Positions 1 through 9,516 are shown, counted from the stretch's first letter. The stretch: 45,428 nucleotides of DNA from a virus (IMGVR_UViG_3300035676_000015:1-45428), one strand, 5' to 3'. Numbers and translations: made by a program. Notes: generated by a model not told the origin, from the sequence alone.

Positions 1-27
1 AAGACTTTTTATTACCATAATGATGAT
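1..27. repeat. 27-nt terminal overlap, identical to 45402-45428 (circular assembly)
   Basis: aagactttttattaccataatgatgat occurs at both ends of the window. Confidence 0.95.
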
Positions 28-94
28 AGTAGTTATCACGTTTTGTGTGGATGAGGTGACCTACAATTAAAAAAGTAATTATTAATACAATCAT
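1..94 (-). CDS. possible 39-aa ORF spanning the circular junction (continues 45401-45376)
   Basis: ATG at 94 overlaps the upstream stop (ATGA); MIVLIITFLIVGHLIHTKRDNYYHHYGNKKSCKSKKRMV stays open across the junction. Confidence 0.3.
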   Translation of the reverse strand, partial: MIVLIITFLIVGHLIHTKRDNYYHHYGNKKS

Positions 95-837
95 ACGTTT
101 ACGTACTTGGTAGTACCCTTTTCTTTAAGGTTTTGATTGTCTCTAAACCAGTTACCACAGGTTCTACATTGATATCGTTGATACTTACCAGCAGATGTCA
201 TGTTAAACCCACGTTTTTGTACACTCTTAGAAGAACAAGTAGGACAACATAATCCTGTACCTTCTAATAGATTGCGGTTAAGGTGATTTTTAATCCAAGG
301 TTTAAAGCGTTCATATACTTTTTCTAGAAGGACAACGTCATTCTTATTGTATTCTTCCATGGTCTTCCAAGCTTTAGGGATGCCTGCCATACACTGTACC
401 CATAACTCATGACCACTGTGTTCAGTCTTTTTACCAAGCCCTAGTTGCTGTGCAACATAGTCAAGCTTGTTAGATACAAATCTAAACCGTCCTTTAGCGA
501 CGGTAAGTAAATCAATTTCTTTAAATGGGGCAGGTGGAAACATGCCGTGTAATAAGAATTCTTTGTTGAGTGATGGTATGTCAAATCGTTTACCGTTGTA
601 ATGAATAACTGCATCAGCTTCATCTAATAACTTATGAATGCCTTCAAGCATTTTCTTTTCACCAGACTTCTTAACAGAATCAAACATCATCTTCTTGTCA
701 CCAAGCCATTTAGCAGCATAACACATAACGTATGAAGACTCTTGTAGTTGGTTAATGCCAATGTTCTGATCCCATATACCCCATACATGAGCTACGTTAG
801 GTGCCATTTCAATATCTAATAAAAGTATTTTACTCAT
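91..837 (-). CDS. DnaQ/RNase H-like 3'-5' exonuclease with C-terminal zinc ribbon
   Basis: Exo motifs LLDIE, YNGKRFD and YNKNDV; C-terminal CPTC...YQCRTCG. Confidence 0.8.
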   Translation of the reverse strand: MSKILLLDIEMAPNVAHVWGIWDQNIGINQLQESSYVMCYAAKWLGDKKMMFDSVKKSGEKKMLEGIHKLLDEADAVIHYNGKRFDIPSLNKEFLLHGMFPPAPFKEIDLLTVAKGRFRFVSNKLDYVAQQLGLGKKTEHSGHELWVQCMAGIPKAWKTMEEYNKNDVVLLEKVYERFKPWIKNHLNRNLLEGTGLCCPTCSSKSVQKRGFNMTSAGKYQRYQCRTCGNWFRDNQNLKEKGTTKYVNV

Positions 838-1010
838 TTTCTGTCCTCAGAAGTTTCTACATGGATAATTCTTAAATCGTCAGCACTAATACCAGGAAGG
901 CCAGCAATGAATCTTTCCATTGCATGGTCTTTAGCTACATTCTCATTAGGGCAATGAACCCTAATCTCTTGTTCATAACGAATCTTTACCCAGTAGTTTT
1001 GTTTACTCAT
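834..1010 (-). CDS. hypothetical protein, 58 aa (not in ORF track)
   Basis: MSKQNYWVKIRYEQ...SEDRK; fills the gap and overlaps both neighbouring genes by 4 nt. Confidence 0.65.
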   Translation of the reverse strand: MSKQNYWVKIRYEQEIRVHCPNENVAKDHAMERFIAGLPGISADDLRIIHVETSEDRK

Positions 1011-1222
1011 TTATAGTTTTGTCTTTCATCAAGCATTGCATCAGCAATTTTATAAGCACTCTTAGATAACTTAATAGCTTCTGATTCTTTACCTGTATAT
1101 AATGAATTTTCTAAGATACCATGCATAGCTTCTAATGCAAAGTAATCACGTAGGTTCATACCTGTATAAATGTTTTTATTATTATCTTGACACGGAAATG
1201 CGGGTGAATTACCTTTACTCAA
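1007..1222 (-). CDS. conserved phage hypothetical protein
   Basis: PAFP...GMNLRDYFA...AYKIADAML pattern, common in proteobacterial phages. Confidence 0.7.
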   Translation of the reverse strand: MSKGNSPAFPCQDNNKNIYTGMNLRDYFALEAMHGILENSLYTGKESEAIKLSKSAYKIADAMLDERQNYK

Positions 1223-1413
1223 TTGAGTTGCCCTCCTTCATTTGTAAATAAGTCTAGCTCTTGTTGTGCTATATCAGTTGCAATATTTAAAACGCCACGT
1301 CTAACAAGTTCTTTAATTGCTATATCCATTAAGAATGAAGCTTCGTTTGCATCTACATGAAACTCAAAGTCTAAAGATCCATCAGAGTTTTGTACACAAT
1401 TGCTTATAATCAT
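1219..1413 (-). CDS. hypothetical protein
   Basis: ORF coupled to neighbours in the operon. Confidence 0.6.
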   Translation of the reverse strand: MIISNCVQNSDGSLDFEFHVDANEASFLMDIAIKELVRRGVLNIATDIAQQELDLFTNEGGQLN

Positions 1414-1825
1414 TTAACCAATCCTTTCTATAATCTAACCAAAGGAAGTTGTTGTCTTCAGCCCATTTGGAATAGGTAGTTTTACTACGTTTGTTAATTT
1501 TATTATCAGGATTCATAAACAAAAAGATAATGATTATATCAGGATTAGTATCTCTAAACCATACCATCTTTTGTCTTGTATCTAGATCTAATTTACCTTT
1601 AGCTTCAAGGTATATCTTACGTTTACCAGTCTTAAAATCGGGTATATAAGTTCTTTCTTTTTCAGGTTGTATGTATTTAAACTTGTCAGGCTCATACTTA
1701 ACTGAAGGAAAGTTACTCTTTAGAATCTTCCAGACTTGTTCTTCCAGCTTGCTCTTGAACGAGTGTATCAAATCTTTCCTTCCAGTCTTCATTGTCTTTA
1801 CGTCTAATCCATAGGACTCGACCAT
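1382..1825 (-). CDS. endonuclease I / Holliday junction resolvase (T7 gp3-like); true start probably downstream
   Basis: FKSKLE...YEP...YIPDF...YLEAKG PD-(D/E)xK pattern. Confidence 0.85.
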   Translation of the reverse strand: MVESYGLDVKTMKTGRKDLIHSFKSKLEEQVWKILKSNFPSVKYEPDKFKYIQPEKERTYIPDFKTGKRKIYLEAKGKLDLDTRQKMVWFRDTNPDIIIIFLFMNPDNKINKRSKTTYSKWAEDNNFLWLDYRKDWLNDYKQLCTKL

Positions 1826-2423
1826 TCATTAGAAACTCTTCATCGTTACTATAGGCTTCTCTAACTGCATTAAATAATTCTTGTTCAGTTACACAATCAT
1901 TTAGAATCTTTTCAGCTTTCTTAGGTCCAATACCTTCAATACCTTTTATGTTATCAGAACGGTCTCCAGTTAAACATTGCATGTAGAAATGTCGCATACC
2001 AGAGTCTTGTGTTACAGTTATAAACTCGTCTTTAACAAAGTTGTAATGCTGACCAGGAATCATAAGTAGGTCTTTGTCAATAGAGCATATGATTGTATCC
2101 TCTGTTTGAGCAATACCTAAAGCGTCATCAGCTTCTTGTCCATCAATTACTTCTGCATTGAAGTTAGCTTTGAGAAACTCTCTACATTTTTCTAACCAGA
2201 ATGGTTTCTCTTTAGGACGATGAGCTTTATACTCTGGGTATATTGAATACCTAAAGTTATTCTTTCCTGTCAGGAAGAGACGATACTCTGTGGCTTCAGT
2301 GTTAACTAGGATTTGATCTACAAGATCTTCTGCTCTAGCATATACAAAGTCTTCGGCATCGTCTTCCTGAAGCGTACAGGCAACCCTATACGCTACTATG
2401 TCCGCATCAATAAGAGCTTTCAT
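1713..2423 (-). CDS. 5'-3' exonuclease (T7 gp6/FEN-like)
   Basis: LIDAD, YKAHR, EADD, SIDKDL, GDRSDNIKGIEGIGPKKA motifs. Confidence 0.9.
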   Translation of the reverse strand: MKALIDADIVAYRVACTLQEDDAEDFVYARAEDLVDQILVNTEATEYRLFLTGKNNFRYSIYPEYKAHRPKEKPFWLEKCREFLKANFNAEVIDGQEADDALGIAQTEDTIICSIDKDLLMIPGQHYNFVKDEFITVTQDSGMRHFYMQCLTGDRSDNIKGIEGIGPKKAEKILNDCVTEQELFNAVREAYSNDEEFLMNGRVLWIRRKDNEDWKERFDTLVQEQAGRTSLEDSKE

Positions 2424-2935
2424 TATAGTGGAATGTCATCCTCTAGTTCATTAATGGCATCAATGCCAGTTGATTTACTAAACACATAGTTCTCAAATTG
2501 TTTAGCTACATTGATTACTTCTTCTACAGATTTACCTTGACCAAGTAATTCTACTGCAGTTCCTAGAGAAGATTGTCTAATGATATACACTTGACGTGCT
2601 GCTCTTTCTTCTTTAGTTTCATAGTTAGATCCAGTTACACGACCACCAGTTGCTGCAGGTGTTGCAGGTTTAGTTTCTGCCACTTCGTTGTCTCCTCCAA
2701 TACCAGTCCATTGCCAATAACCAGCTGCATCTTTCTCAGTACGTACATTAATTTGATCACCTTTAGTTAAAGCTTTAATGTGATTAAATACACTAGGATT
2801 ACTAAAAGACATTAGCTTTTTATTAGCTACTTGACCTTGGTCATTTTTATATGTAACTTCAATTGATTGGTATGATCTACCATTCTTTGCTGCGTGAGTA
2901 TTTGGTGCACCTACATCTACAATATTAATTAACAT
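2423..2935 (-). CDS. putative single-stranded DNA-binding protein
   Basis: Lies between polymerase and exonuclease; beta-rich N-terminus; acidic EDDIPL tail. Confidence 0.5.
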   Translation of the reverse strand: MLINIVDVGAPNTHAAKNGRSYQSIEVTYKNDQGQVANKKLMSFSNPSVFNHIKALTKGDQINVRTEKDAAGYWQWTGIGGDNEVAETKPATPAATGGRVTGSNYETKEERAARQVYIIRQSSLGTAVELLGQGKSVEEVINVAKQFENYVFSKSTGIDAINELEDDIPL

Positions 2936-3644
2936 TCACTATCTCCATGTTACCCCAGTTAGGCCCTACTTGACACTCGACCCTCATGGGAAGGTTAAAT
3001 TCTACTCCAAACAATTTCTTAAAGTTTGCTGGAATATCCGTGAAACACTTATCAACTAATTTCACTATACTAATATTATCGCATATTTTGTTATCAAAGT
3101 CAACAATAATTGAATCATGTACAGTGTTTACTAGTTTGATTCCTTCCATATCTTTTATCCTATTGGCTAAAGATACTCTTGCTATTGCCATTAAGTCAGC
3201 ACCAAGACCTTGAACAGGATAGTTTAAAATCTTAGTGCGTGGCCATTTGGCTTTGCCATACTTTACTTCTGGCTCATATTTATAAATCCGTCCTGTAGGC
3301 ATAACTAGTTGTCTATCTCGCATTGCGGTACTAACTACATCTTTGTGCCATCTACCTAATCCTTCATACTTTTTGTAGAATTCATCAATGACATTTTGCC
3401 AGAACGTTTCTTGTTTACTTACATCTGTGAAATTAGGATCGTTAGCATAACTATAAGCAGAACCACCATAGATAAGCCGAAAGACAAACGTCTTAGCAAT
3501 GAGGCGAGAAGGTAGCCCAAAACGAAGTTGATTATCTGTGTGTTGATCAGTTCCATCCCATATCTCCTTAAATGCTACTTGATCTTGAGATAAGTATGCT
3601 GCACAAACCCATTCCAAAGCTTTTGCATCAGCTTGTAATAGCAT
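2925..3644 (-). CDS. polA: family A DNA polymerase, C-terminal catalytic part (motifs A, B, C)
   Basis: LLQADAKALE (A), RLIAKTFVFRLIYG (B), NYPVQG, VHDS (C); ATG at 3644 preceded by GGGAG. Confidence 0.9.
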   Translation of the reverse strand: MLLQADAKALEWVCAAYLSQDQVAFKEIWDGTDQHTDNQLRFGLPSRLIAKTFVFRLIYGGSAYSYANDPNFTDVSKQETFWQNVIDEFYKKYEGLGRWHKDVVSTAMRDRQLVMPTGRIYKYEPEVKYGKAKWPRTKILNYPVQGLGADLMAIARVSLANRIKDMEGIKLVNTVHDSIIVDFDNKICDNISIVKLVDKCFTDIPANFKKLFGVEFNLPMRVECQVGPNWGNMEIVNVN

Positions 3645-4797
3645 ACCTACTCCCAAATAGTTGTTTAATTTCTCCGTCAAAGTTTTGCAAGTTAGGTTTA
3701 CTAGAAGATAGTCTACCTGTTCTAGCTACACATTGATTGAGTTGTCCATGTAATACATTTTCTTTCCAGTTCATACTAGTTCTAAGTTCAACAAGTCCTA
3801 CATAGTAGGCAGTTAATCGTTTCTCTAGTGTTGCTCTGGTTAAGATAAGTTCTATAACATCTTTAGCTTTCTTGGTACCTCTTAAACTTTTAAGAGTTGA
3901 TTCATCTGTTGAGAAGAATCCTTCTTTCTCTAACTCAGATCCTCGTAAAGGTGTTATCATTCTTTCAAAAGGTATTAAGTGTTCAACCCATTTTTCTTTT
4001 GGTTGTCCCGCTCTTTCACCAGTTTTAAAAGTTCCGATAACTTCTCGTCGTTTAACTTTAACCGTACCACCATATAGTAAACAAGATACATGCTCGCCAC
4101 TGGAAGGATTAAACTCAGGTAGATTATGATACTGATAAAGCTCTTCATTAAGATTACTAATGCGATCCTGAAGATCTTTAGCTCCATCATTACATCCTGT
4201 TTCATCATAAAGAATACCATTATATTCCATTTCCTGTAAGACTAATAAGTCTTGGTTATGTAAACTAATTAATCTTTGTGTTGATTTTGCGTGAGACGCA
4301 ACTTCTTCACGTTGTTTATCATATACTTTTTGCGTTAACTGCAAATCACCAATCAGATATTCTTCAAGGATATCCTTTGGAATACTAGGTGTATCTATTT
4401 TATTTGCCCAATACTGTGTAGCAACAACATCAAGTTTGTTACCCAAAGCATAGTGCTCAGCGACACCGTTAAGACTTGGATAGGTATCTTGTTGTCCAGA
4501 CAGTATAAAATGTACCAGCTGACAATCCCAGATACGCTTACCCACAAAGTTAATTCCATATCTCCGAAGCCAATGCAAATCAAACTTAATATTAAACCCA
4601 ACCAATATCTCAGCTGCATCTATTTCCTTTTGTATTGCATTAAGTTTATCACGATATGGTGCATCACTATACTCAATATCATAGCATGTATGTCCATCAG
4701 CATTGAGTAACCCAACATAACAAAGTTTATTAGTCTCGTCAAATGGGTTACCTTTGTTACTGATTGTTGTTTCTACATCTAAGATTAAGCTCCGCAT
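3628..4797 (-). CDS. polA: family A DNA polymerase, N-terminal part (3'-5' exonuclease and thumb)
   Basis: LDVET, GFNIKFDL, RTGRLSSSKPNLQN; ATG at 4797 with GGAGG SD. Confidence 0.9.
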   Translation of the reverse strand: MRSLILDVETTISNKGNPFDETNKLCYVGLLNADGHTCYDIEYSDAPYRDKLNAIQKEIDAAEILVGFNIKFDLHWLRRYGINFVGKRIWDCQLVHFILSGQQDTYPSLNGVAEHYALGNKLDVVATQYWANKIDTPSIPKDILEEYLIGDLQLTQKVYDKQREEVASHAKSTQRLISLHNQDLLVLQEMEYNGILYDETGCNDGAKDLQDRISNLNEELYQYHNLPEFNPSSGEHVSCLLYGGTVKVKRREVIGTFKTGERAGQPKEKWVEHLIPFERMITPLRGSELEKEGFFSTDESTLKSLRGTKKAKDVIELILTRATLEKRLTAYYVGLVELRTSMNWKENVLHGQLNQCVARTGRLSSSKPNLQNFDGEIKQLFGSRYAITS

Positions 4798-4943
4798 TCG
4801 CCTCCACATCCATTAAATTTGTGTATTGTATCTTCTATTGTATCATTAGGATCTCCTAATGTCAAGATATCTTCTATATCAAAAGCGTTAAGTGTAGGGT
4901 CAACTGCTAATACATCTTTAGGTGTTGCATTACAGATCTTCAT
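4785..4943 (-). CDS. hypothetical protein, 52 aa (not in ORF track)
   Basis: GGAGG SD; MKICNATPKD...GCGGECGA bridges helicase and polymerase. Confidence 0.55.
   Translation of the reverse strand: MKICNATPKDVLAVDPTLNAFDIEDILTLGDPNDTIEDTIHKFNGCGGECGA
4837..4865 (-). promoter_or_regulatory. sigma70 promoter upstream of DNA polymerase, with palindromic spacer
   Basis: TTGACA-17-TACAAT with extended -10 TG; CATTAGGA-N2-TCCTAATG at 4844-4861. Confidence 0.75.
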
Positions 4944-6171
4944 ATCGAGCTACCTCCGGTTTAATTAATACTTGTGTTGAGCCATGACGTAAGTCTGGCA
5001 GGGTATCTTTATCACCAATAAGTTTATTTTTACTGATGTTAAAGTATCTTGTACGACTAGTGTTATCTTGTTCTTTACCTATTCCCAAGATCCAGTCAGC
5101 TTCGCCTTGCTTCGCTGTTTTAGAACCGTCAACCATATCCATTGTAAGAAAGAGTTTACCTTCTGCTTCTCCACTTGCTTGGGATACAGCGATGACTGGT
5201 GCGTATTGTTTAGCAATTTCTCTAGCCCATTGATAGATTTGTTTGAGTTCAAGGTCATTACGATCTCCTTTAAATCCACGAATTTTATCTATCTGGTCAA
5301 AGATAATAAGCGATGGGTTATATTGTTTAAGTACAGATTCAATTCTGTGTTTACTACTTGAGTCTTCAAAGTCTAAAATCTTAATACGATTACCTGTTAA
5401 GGTTGTATACTTTTCTTTATTTGTTTTTTTGTCTGCAAACAAAGCGTCGGTTGTAAGGCCAAGCGTTGCTTGATAGACTCGTATTCCAACTTTAGAACCT
5501 TGTTCTTCATTATTAAACCACAGTATATCGCCATCAGTTTGAGTAACCATATGCGTGATTTCACTTGCAAGGAATGTAGTTTTACCCGTTTCTGGCCTTG
5601 CAAAGATAAACCCAAAGTCACCTTTCCTGAGTGATCCAAGGCTTTGATTAAGCCATCTAACACGCCACCGTAGACCTGGAGTGGCAACTTGTGTGTTGTA
5701 TAACGTATCCAAATCCATGTCAACTGGAGTAATCTCATCAGCTTCTACCTCTTGGTGTTCAAAGTTATTAAATAATTCTAGCAGCTCTTCTGTAGTTTTC
5801 TTACCAGCTTCTACATCTAAAGCCATTAACGCTACTTGTCCAGCAAGAGAACGTCTTCTGTGTTCTTCTAACAGTCCAATGATTGCGTCATGGTTAGTGA
5901 TATCTTGATTATAGATTTCATCTAACAGTGATTCAAGTTCTTTTCTTTCAGTATCTTTTAATAAATAATTACTATTATAAAAGATATTTAAATCATTATA
6001 ATTAATATTATTATTTTCTATATATTTTTCATAATATAATAAAATAATATTAAATAATTTATATAAATCATTATAATTAATTTTAATATAATTAATGTTA
6101 ACATACTTGTAATACTTTGTAAAGAGATTTTTATCTTCACAAAACAATTTAGCTATTTGTTTTTCAACCAT
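4930..6171 (-). CDS. DnaB-like (SF4) replicative helicase
   Basis: Walker A FARPETGKTT; LIIFDQIDK; VSQA; KQGEADWILG. Confidence 0.9.
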   Translation of the reverse strand: MVEKQIAKLFCEDKNLFTKYYKYVNINYIKINYNDLYKLFNIILLYYEKYIENNNINYNDLNIFYNSNYLLKDTERKELESLLDEIYNQDITNHDAIIGLLEEHRRRSLAGQVALMALDVEAGKKTTEELLELFNNFEHQEVEADEITPVDMDLDTLYNTQVATPGLRWRVRWLNQSLGSLRKGDFGFIFARPETGKTTFLASEITHMVTQTDGDILWFNNEEQGSKVGIRVYQATLGLTTDALFADKKTNKEKYTTLTGNRIKILDFEDSSSKHRIESVLKQYNPSLIIFDQIDKIRGFKGDRNDLELKQIYQWAREIAKQYAPVIAVSQASGEAEGKLFLTMDMVDGSKTAKQGEADWILGIGKEQDNTSRTRYFNISKNKLIGDKDTLPDLRHGSTQVLIKPEVARYEDL

Positions 6172-6842
6172 TCATTGATTTCTCCTGTAGAATATTCTTT
6201 AGGATCGTTGGGTGTAATAACTACATCCGAATCAATACCCTTTTGTTTTAGATTCCTAGCCTGTTTAACTGCTTCAATTGCTTTATCCCTATCTAACCAT
6301 ATCTTAACTGCTTTAAAGCGTTGTAAGATAGTTTCTGTTAGTTCTGGTGATATGATTGAACCTAGCAGTGGTGTAGCACAGACATTTTTATTTGCTTTAA
6401 TAATTTTAATTGCAGATAAAACATCTTCTACACATACTAGTATATCACCAGTCCCATAGAATAGCAAGGGCTTTTTACCTTTGGATATATACTTTGCACC
6501 GTACTTACTAAAGTTTCTTGCTTGATAATAACTAGGGGTATTGACAAGCACTAGTAATTCATGGTATGCATTCCAACCAATTTTATATTCATCAACATCT
6601 TGTTGTGTTATACCATACTGTAGTAGCCATTGTGTAGGTACTATAGGTATATCATTAGTAGTAGATATATCTAGCTCATCAGATAGCATCACTTGCTCGT
6701 TCTGCAATCTGCTTCGCACAGAATTAAGATCATTCTTTTGCTTTCTATAACCACAACCAAAGCAATAGAATCCATCAGAATATTCTGCTAGATTATCTTT
6801 ACTACCACATTTAGGACAATTAGTATGTTGAATAAATGCCAT
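6153..6842 (-). CDS. DNA primase (zinc finger and TOPRIM)
   Basis: CPKCGS...CFGC; VEDVLSA, WLDRD, DPK. Confidence 0.88.
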   Translation of the reverse strand: MAFIQHTNCPKCGSKDNLAEYSDGFYCFGCGYRKQKNDLNSVRSRLQNEQVMLSDELDISTTNDIPIVPTQWLLQYGITQQDVDEYKIGWNAYHELLVLVNTPSYYQARNFSKYGAKYISKGKKPLLFYGTGDILVCVEDVLSAIKIIKANKNVCATPLLGSIISPELTETILQRFKAVKIWLDRDKAIEAVKQARNLKQKGIDSDVVITPNDPKEYSTGEINEWLKNK

Positions 6843-6845
6843 AGG

Positions 6846-7073
6846 TTATACAGAGTTAGCCTCAGGAAATAGTTTATTTAATAAAGCTTCAAGTTTGCTA
6901 CCACCACCAGAATAATACCATTTAAAAGATCCTTTTTTACGCCATCTACCACCAGCAGTAATGTAATACTTGTTAGCAATAAGCCAAGTATTAGCATTAG
7001 TTTCTGTAAAAGATAACCCTTTAGATAATATTAATTGCTCAACAGTTAATGTTGGATTACGTTTATATGCCAT
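6846..7073 (-). CDS. hypothetical protein
   Basis: AAGGAG SD, in operon. Confidence 0.65.
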   Translation of the reverse strand: MAYKRNPTLTVEQLILSKGLSFTETNANTWLIANKYYITAGGRWRKKGSFKWYYSGGGSKLEALLNKLFPEANSV

Positions 7074-7082
7074 GATATCTCC

Positions 7083-7337
7083 TTAATGTCCATTAAAAGC
7101 ATCAGTTAGTTTTTTAGAATCTATTTTAATTACTTCACCAGTAGACTTGTCAAGTTCATATTCATAATGAAGTCCATCATTACCATTCTGTCCTACAGTA
7201 TCAATACGAGATTTCTTTTTACCAAATATTTTATCCCAGTTTTCTTCACCTTCTTTACTGAGAACTTTGTTAATAAGTCTATCACCAGTTATATCATTCT
7301 TTCCAGCCATCAAATAGATCTCCCTGTAAGTCATCAA
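7083..7337 (-). CDS. hypothetical protein (start probably at the later Met, MAGKNDITGD)
   Basis: ORF in operon. Confidence 0.6.
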   Translation of the reverse strand: MMTYREIYLMAGKNDITGDRLINKVLSKEGEENWDKIFGKKKSRIDTVGQNGNDGLHYEYELDKSTGEVIKIDSKKLTDAFNGH

Positions 7338-7515
7338 TTTCTACAGTATCTTCGACATCTTCTTCATTACGAAGATCTTCTCGTTCTAATGATTCAATGT
7401 CTTGTTCTACATTATGAAAGCAATGATTACATAAGTCTACGAACTCACCCGTAGTGGCTGATTTTCTAGTAGACTCGAAATCATTTAAAGCTTTATTACA
7501 AGCTAAACACCGCAT
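7294..7515 (-). CDS. small zinc-finger protein with acidic tail
   Basis: CLAC...LCNHC; AAGGAG SD. Confidence 0.7.
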   Translation of the reverse strand: MRCLACNKALNDFESTRKSATTGEFVDLCNHCFHNVEQDIESLEREDLRNEEDVEDTVEIDDLQGDLFDGWKE

Positions 7516-7517
7516 TT

Positions 7518-7838
7518 TTATACTCCTTGAAATTTAAAAGCGGAATCTGAATTATTATGTTTACGATATAACTGTTTAATTTTATTACAAATAGCAGCAT
7601 GAGCATTATTTATATTTTTTAGATAAGATCTAAGAGACTCTTCTGTAAATATTAAATACTCATCAGTTATTACAGGTATAGTTCTATCTTCTGAATGATG
7701 TTTAACTTCAATCATACTAATATTTTCATAGACAACTTCATAGTAAGTAAGATTTCTAATGAAAGTATCTACATTTGTAACATGACTAAAGTCTTCTTCA
7801 AGACCAAAGAACGTAACTTTTTCACCAACTAAAGACAT
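7518..7838 (-). CDS. hypothetical protein
   Basis: AGGAG SD, in operon. Confidence 0.65.
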   Translation of the reverse strand: MSLVGEKVTFFGLEEDFSHVTNVDTFIRNLTYYEVVYENISMIEVKHHSEDRTIPVITDEYLIFTEESLRSYLKNINNAHAAICNKIKQLYRKHNNSDSAFKFQGV

Positions 7839-7840
7839 AA

Positions 7841-8590
7841 TTATAGACTCCTATAGTAATTGTATATTGCTTTTGAATATTTGTCAAGCGTTGTACCTTC
7901 TAATCCTGGTGCAGTATTTACTTCGAACACAAAGAATTTATTATCAATTAATCGGTGTCCGATGTCAACGGCACCGAAGTCAAGGCCTAATAATTTGACG
8001 GCAGAGACAGATGATGATAGTAGTTCTTCGGACGGTATTATATCAGCTCTGGCATACACCCAACCATTTGCATGGTTACGAATGCCTGTGCCTCCTTGGG
8101 CACCATTACGCTTACGCTTCATTTGAACATCTATTACTTTATCTTTGAACACATGAACACGATACTCATGTTTATGTTTAGTAGCTACAGTATACAATGG
8201 TGCTTGAACAACTTCACTAGGACTGTTAGCAATAACTATACCACTGCCACTATGTCCCATAAGTTTTGTTCTACAGTATACAGTTTTACCAGACTCACAC
8301 CAATCTTCTGCATCTATTAATTCTGTAGTAAATTGAGGTAAACATTTAAATCCTGCATGATTTAATTGTGTAAAGGTTCTAAGTTTATTAGAAGCTAATG
8401 CAATAAATTGAGGTTTGTTTAAGTCTTGTTCCATCCACCTAAAGTGTGGTGGTGTAGAGTTACCCCAATTAACAATGACGTCACTACGACGAGCATTGTA
8501 TGAGGGACTAACCCGTAACACACCAAGTGTACGGGCTAATCGTTTAGCAGATAGACTACCTATCTTATAAGGAAAGATTTTAAGAGCCAT
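7841..8590 (-). CDS. ATP-grasp ligase (phiEco32/LUZ24-type, RimK-like)
   Basis: IVNWG, GHSGSGI, EYRVHV, IRNH..GW, GLDFGAVDI, EVNTAPG. Confidence 0.88.
   Translation of the reverse strand: MALKIFPYKIGSLSAKRLARTLGVLRVSPSYNARRSDVIVNWGNSTPPHFRWMEQDLNKPQFIALASNKLRTFTQLNHAGFKCLPQFTTELIDAEDWCESGKTVYCRTKLMGHSGSGIVIANSPSEVVQAPLYTVATKHKHEYRVHVFKDKVIDVQMKRKRNGAQGGTGIRNHANGWVYARADIIPSEELLSSSVSAVKLLGLDFGAVDIGHRLIDNKFFVFEVNTAPGLEGTTLDKYSKAIYNYYRSL
7859..7887 (-). promoter_or_regulatory. sigma70 promoter in the 3' end of the ATP-grasp gene, reading toward primase/helicase
   Basis: TTGACA-17-TACAAT. Confidence 0.7.
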
Positions 8591-9516
8591 TATACTTTAC
8601 CTTTCAATAGATATGGTGATGGTATTTTGTGGTATGGCATACCTACAACATCATCAACATCAAGATGAGTATCTTCATCAAAGTCATCTACAAAGTTTAG
8701 AGAATGATAAGGGATATTATAGATGAATTCTGGATCACCTTTCTCATTCTCATACATGAGGTCAGCAGTGAAATCTTTATTGACTGCTACGATTTCAAAT
8801 AGTTCACCTGCTTCATATACTTTGTTTGTTGAGTCATCTTTGACTTCTTCTAACAGCTCAACAAGATCACCAATTTGTACACCATACTTACGTTTGATAG
8901 GTGCTACTGTTTTAGTAACAGGATATTTATAATCATTAATCCAATCACTAGTTTTCCAAGATGTAACAGCTGGTGCTACATATGGTTTGTAACTGTTGTT
9001 AGAATACCATACACCATCATCCCATACACCCTTACCTTCATTCATAATCTTATGATTACCATGTCTGTCAAGGAATACAAGCTTACTATAACCAATACGA
9101 CCTTCAATAAGGTCTATGATTGGATCTTGGAACAGAGCCAAGTTACCCCACTTGTTAACCAACGGTTGCAAGATTCCATGATTGAAGCCAATGGTATCAC
9201 TATGATTAGTATCACCGAAACCATTGATAATGCCATTATGGACAAAACCAAGTGAGTTGTTAACTGCAAATGGATGGCAATTGGTTGTATCAATTTTACC
9301 GTGTGTTTTAATACGGAAGTGCAAGACTGCTTGTTTAGTTTCATGTTGTTTATATGCCTTATAGAATGAATCATAACTAAAGAAACCTTTTTGTATGTGA
9401 AGTTTTTTATCTTCTGCATACATGAAGCCAGCACCATCTGGATTGGCATCATAACATTCTTTGAGTGTTGATTGGGATAATACTTTACCTTCTGGTTTAT
9501 AGATTGCGATACACAT
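8590..9516 (-). CDS. class II (Ntn) glutamine amidotransferase
   Basis: N-terminal MC, NPDGAG, HFRIKTHG, NCHPF, HNGII, SDT. Confidence 0.88.
   Translation of the reverse strand: MCIAIYKPEGKVLSQSTLKECYDANPDGAGFMYAEDKKLHIQKGFFSYDSFYKAYKQHETKQAVLHFRIKTHGKIDTTNCHPFAVNNSLGFVHNGIINGFGDTNHSDTIGFNHGILQPLVNKWGNLALFQDPIIDLIEGRIGYSKLVFLDRHGNHKIMNEGKGVWDDGVWYSNNSYKPYVAPAVTSWKTSDWINDYKYPVTKTVAPIKRKYGVQIGDLVELLEEVKDDSTNKVYEAGELFEIVAVNKDFTADLMYENEKGDPEFIYNIPYHSLNFVDDFDEDTHLDVDDVVGMPYHKIPSPYLLKGKV

Noticed and set aside
3628-3680. Intron or intein at the polymerase split
   Set aside because: The two ORFs overlap and there is no intervening sequence.
2573-9255. Plus-strand ORFs of 60-126 aa within the replication arm
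   Set aside because: They are antisense to well-supported genes and have no recognisable motifs.
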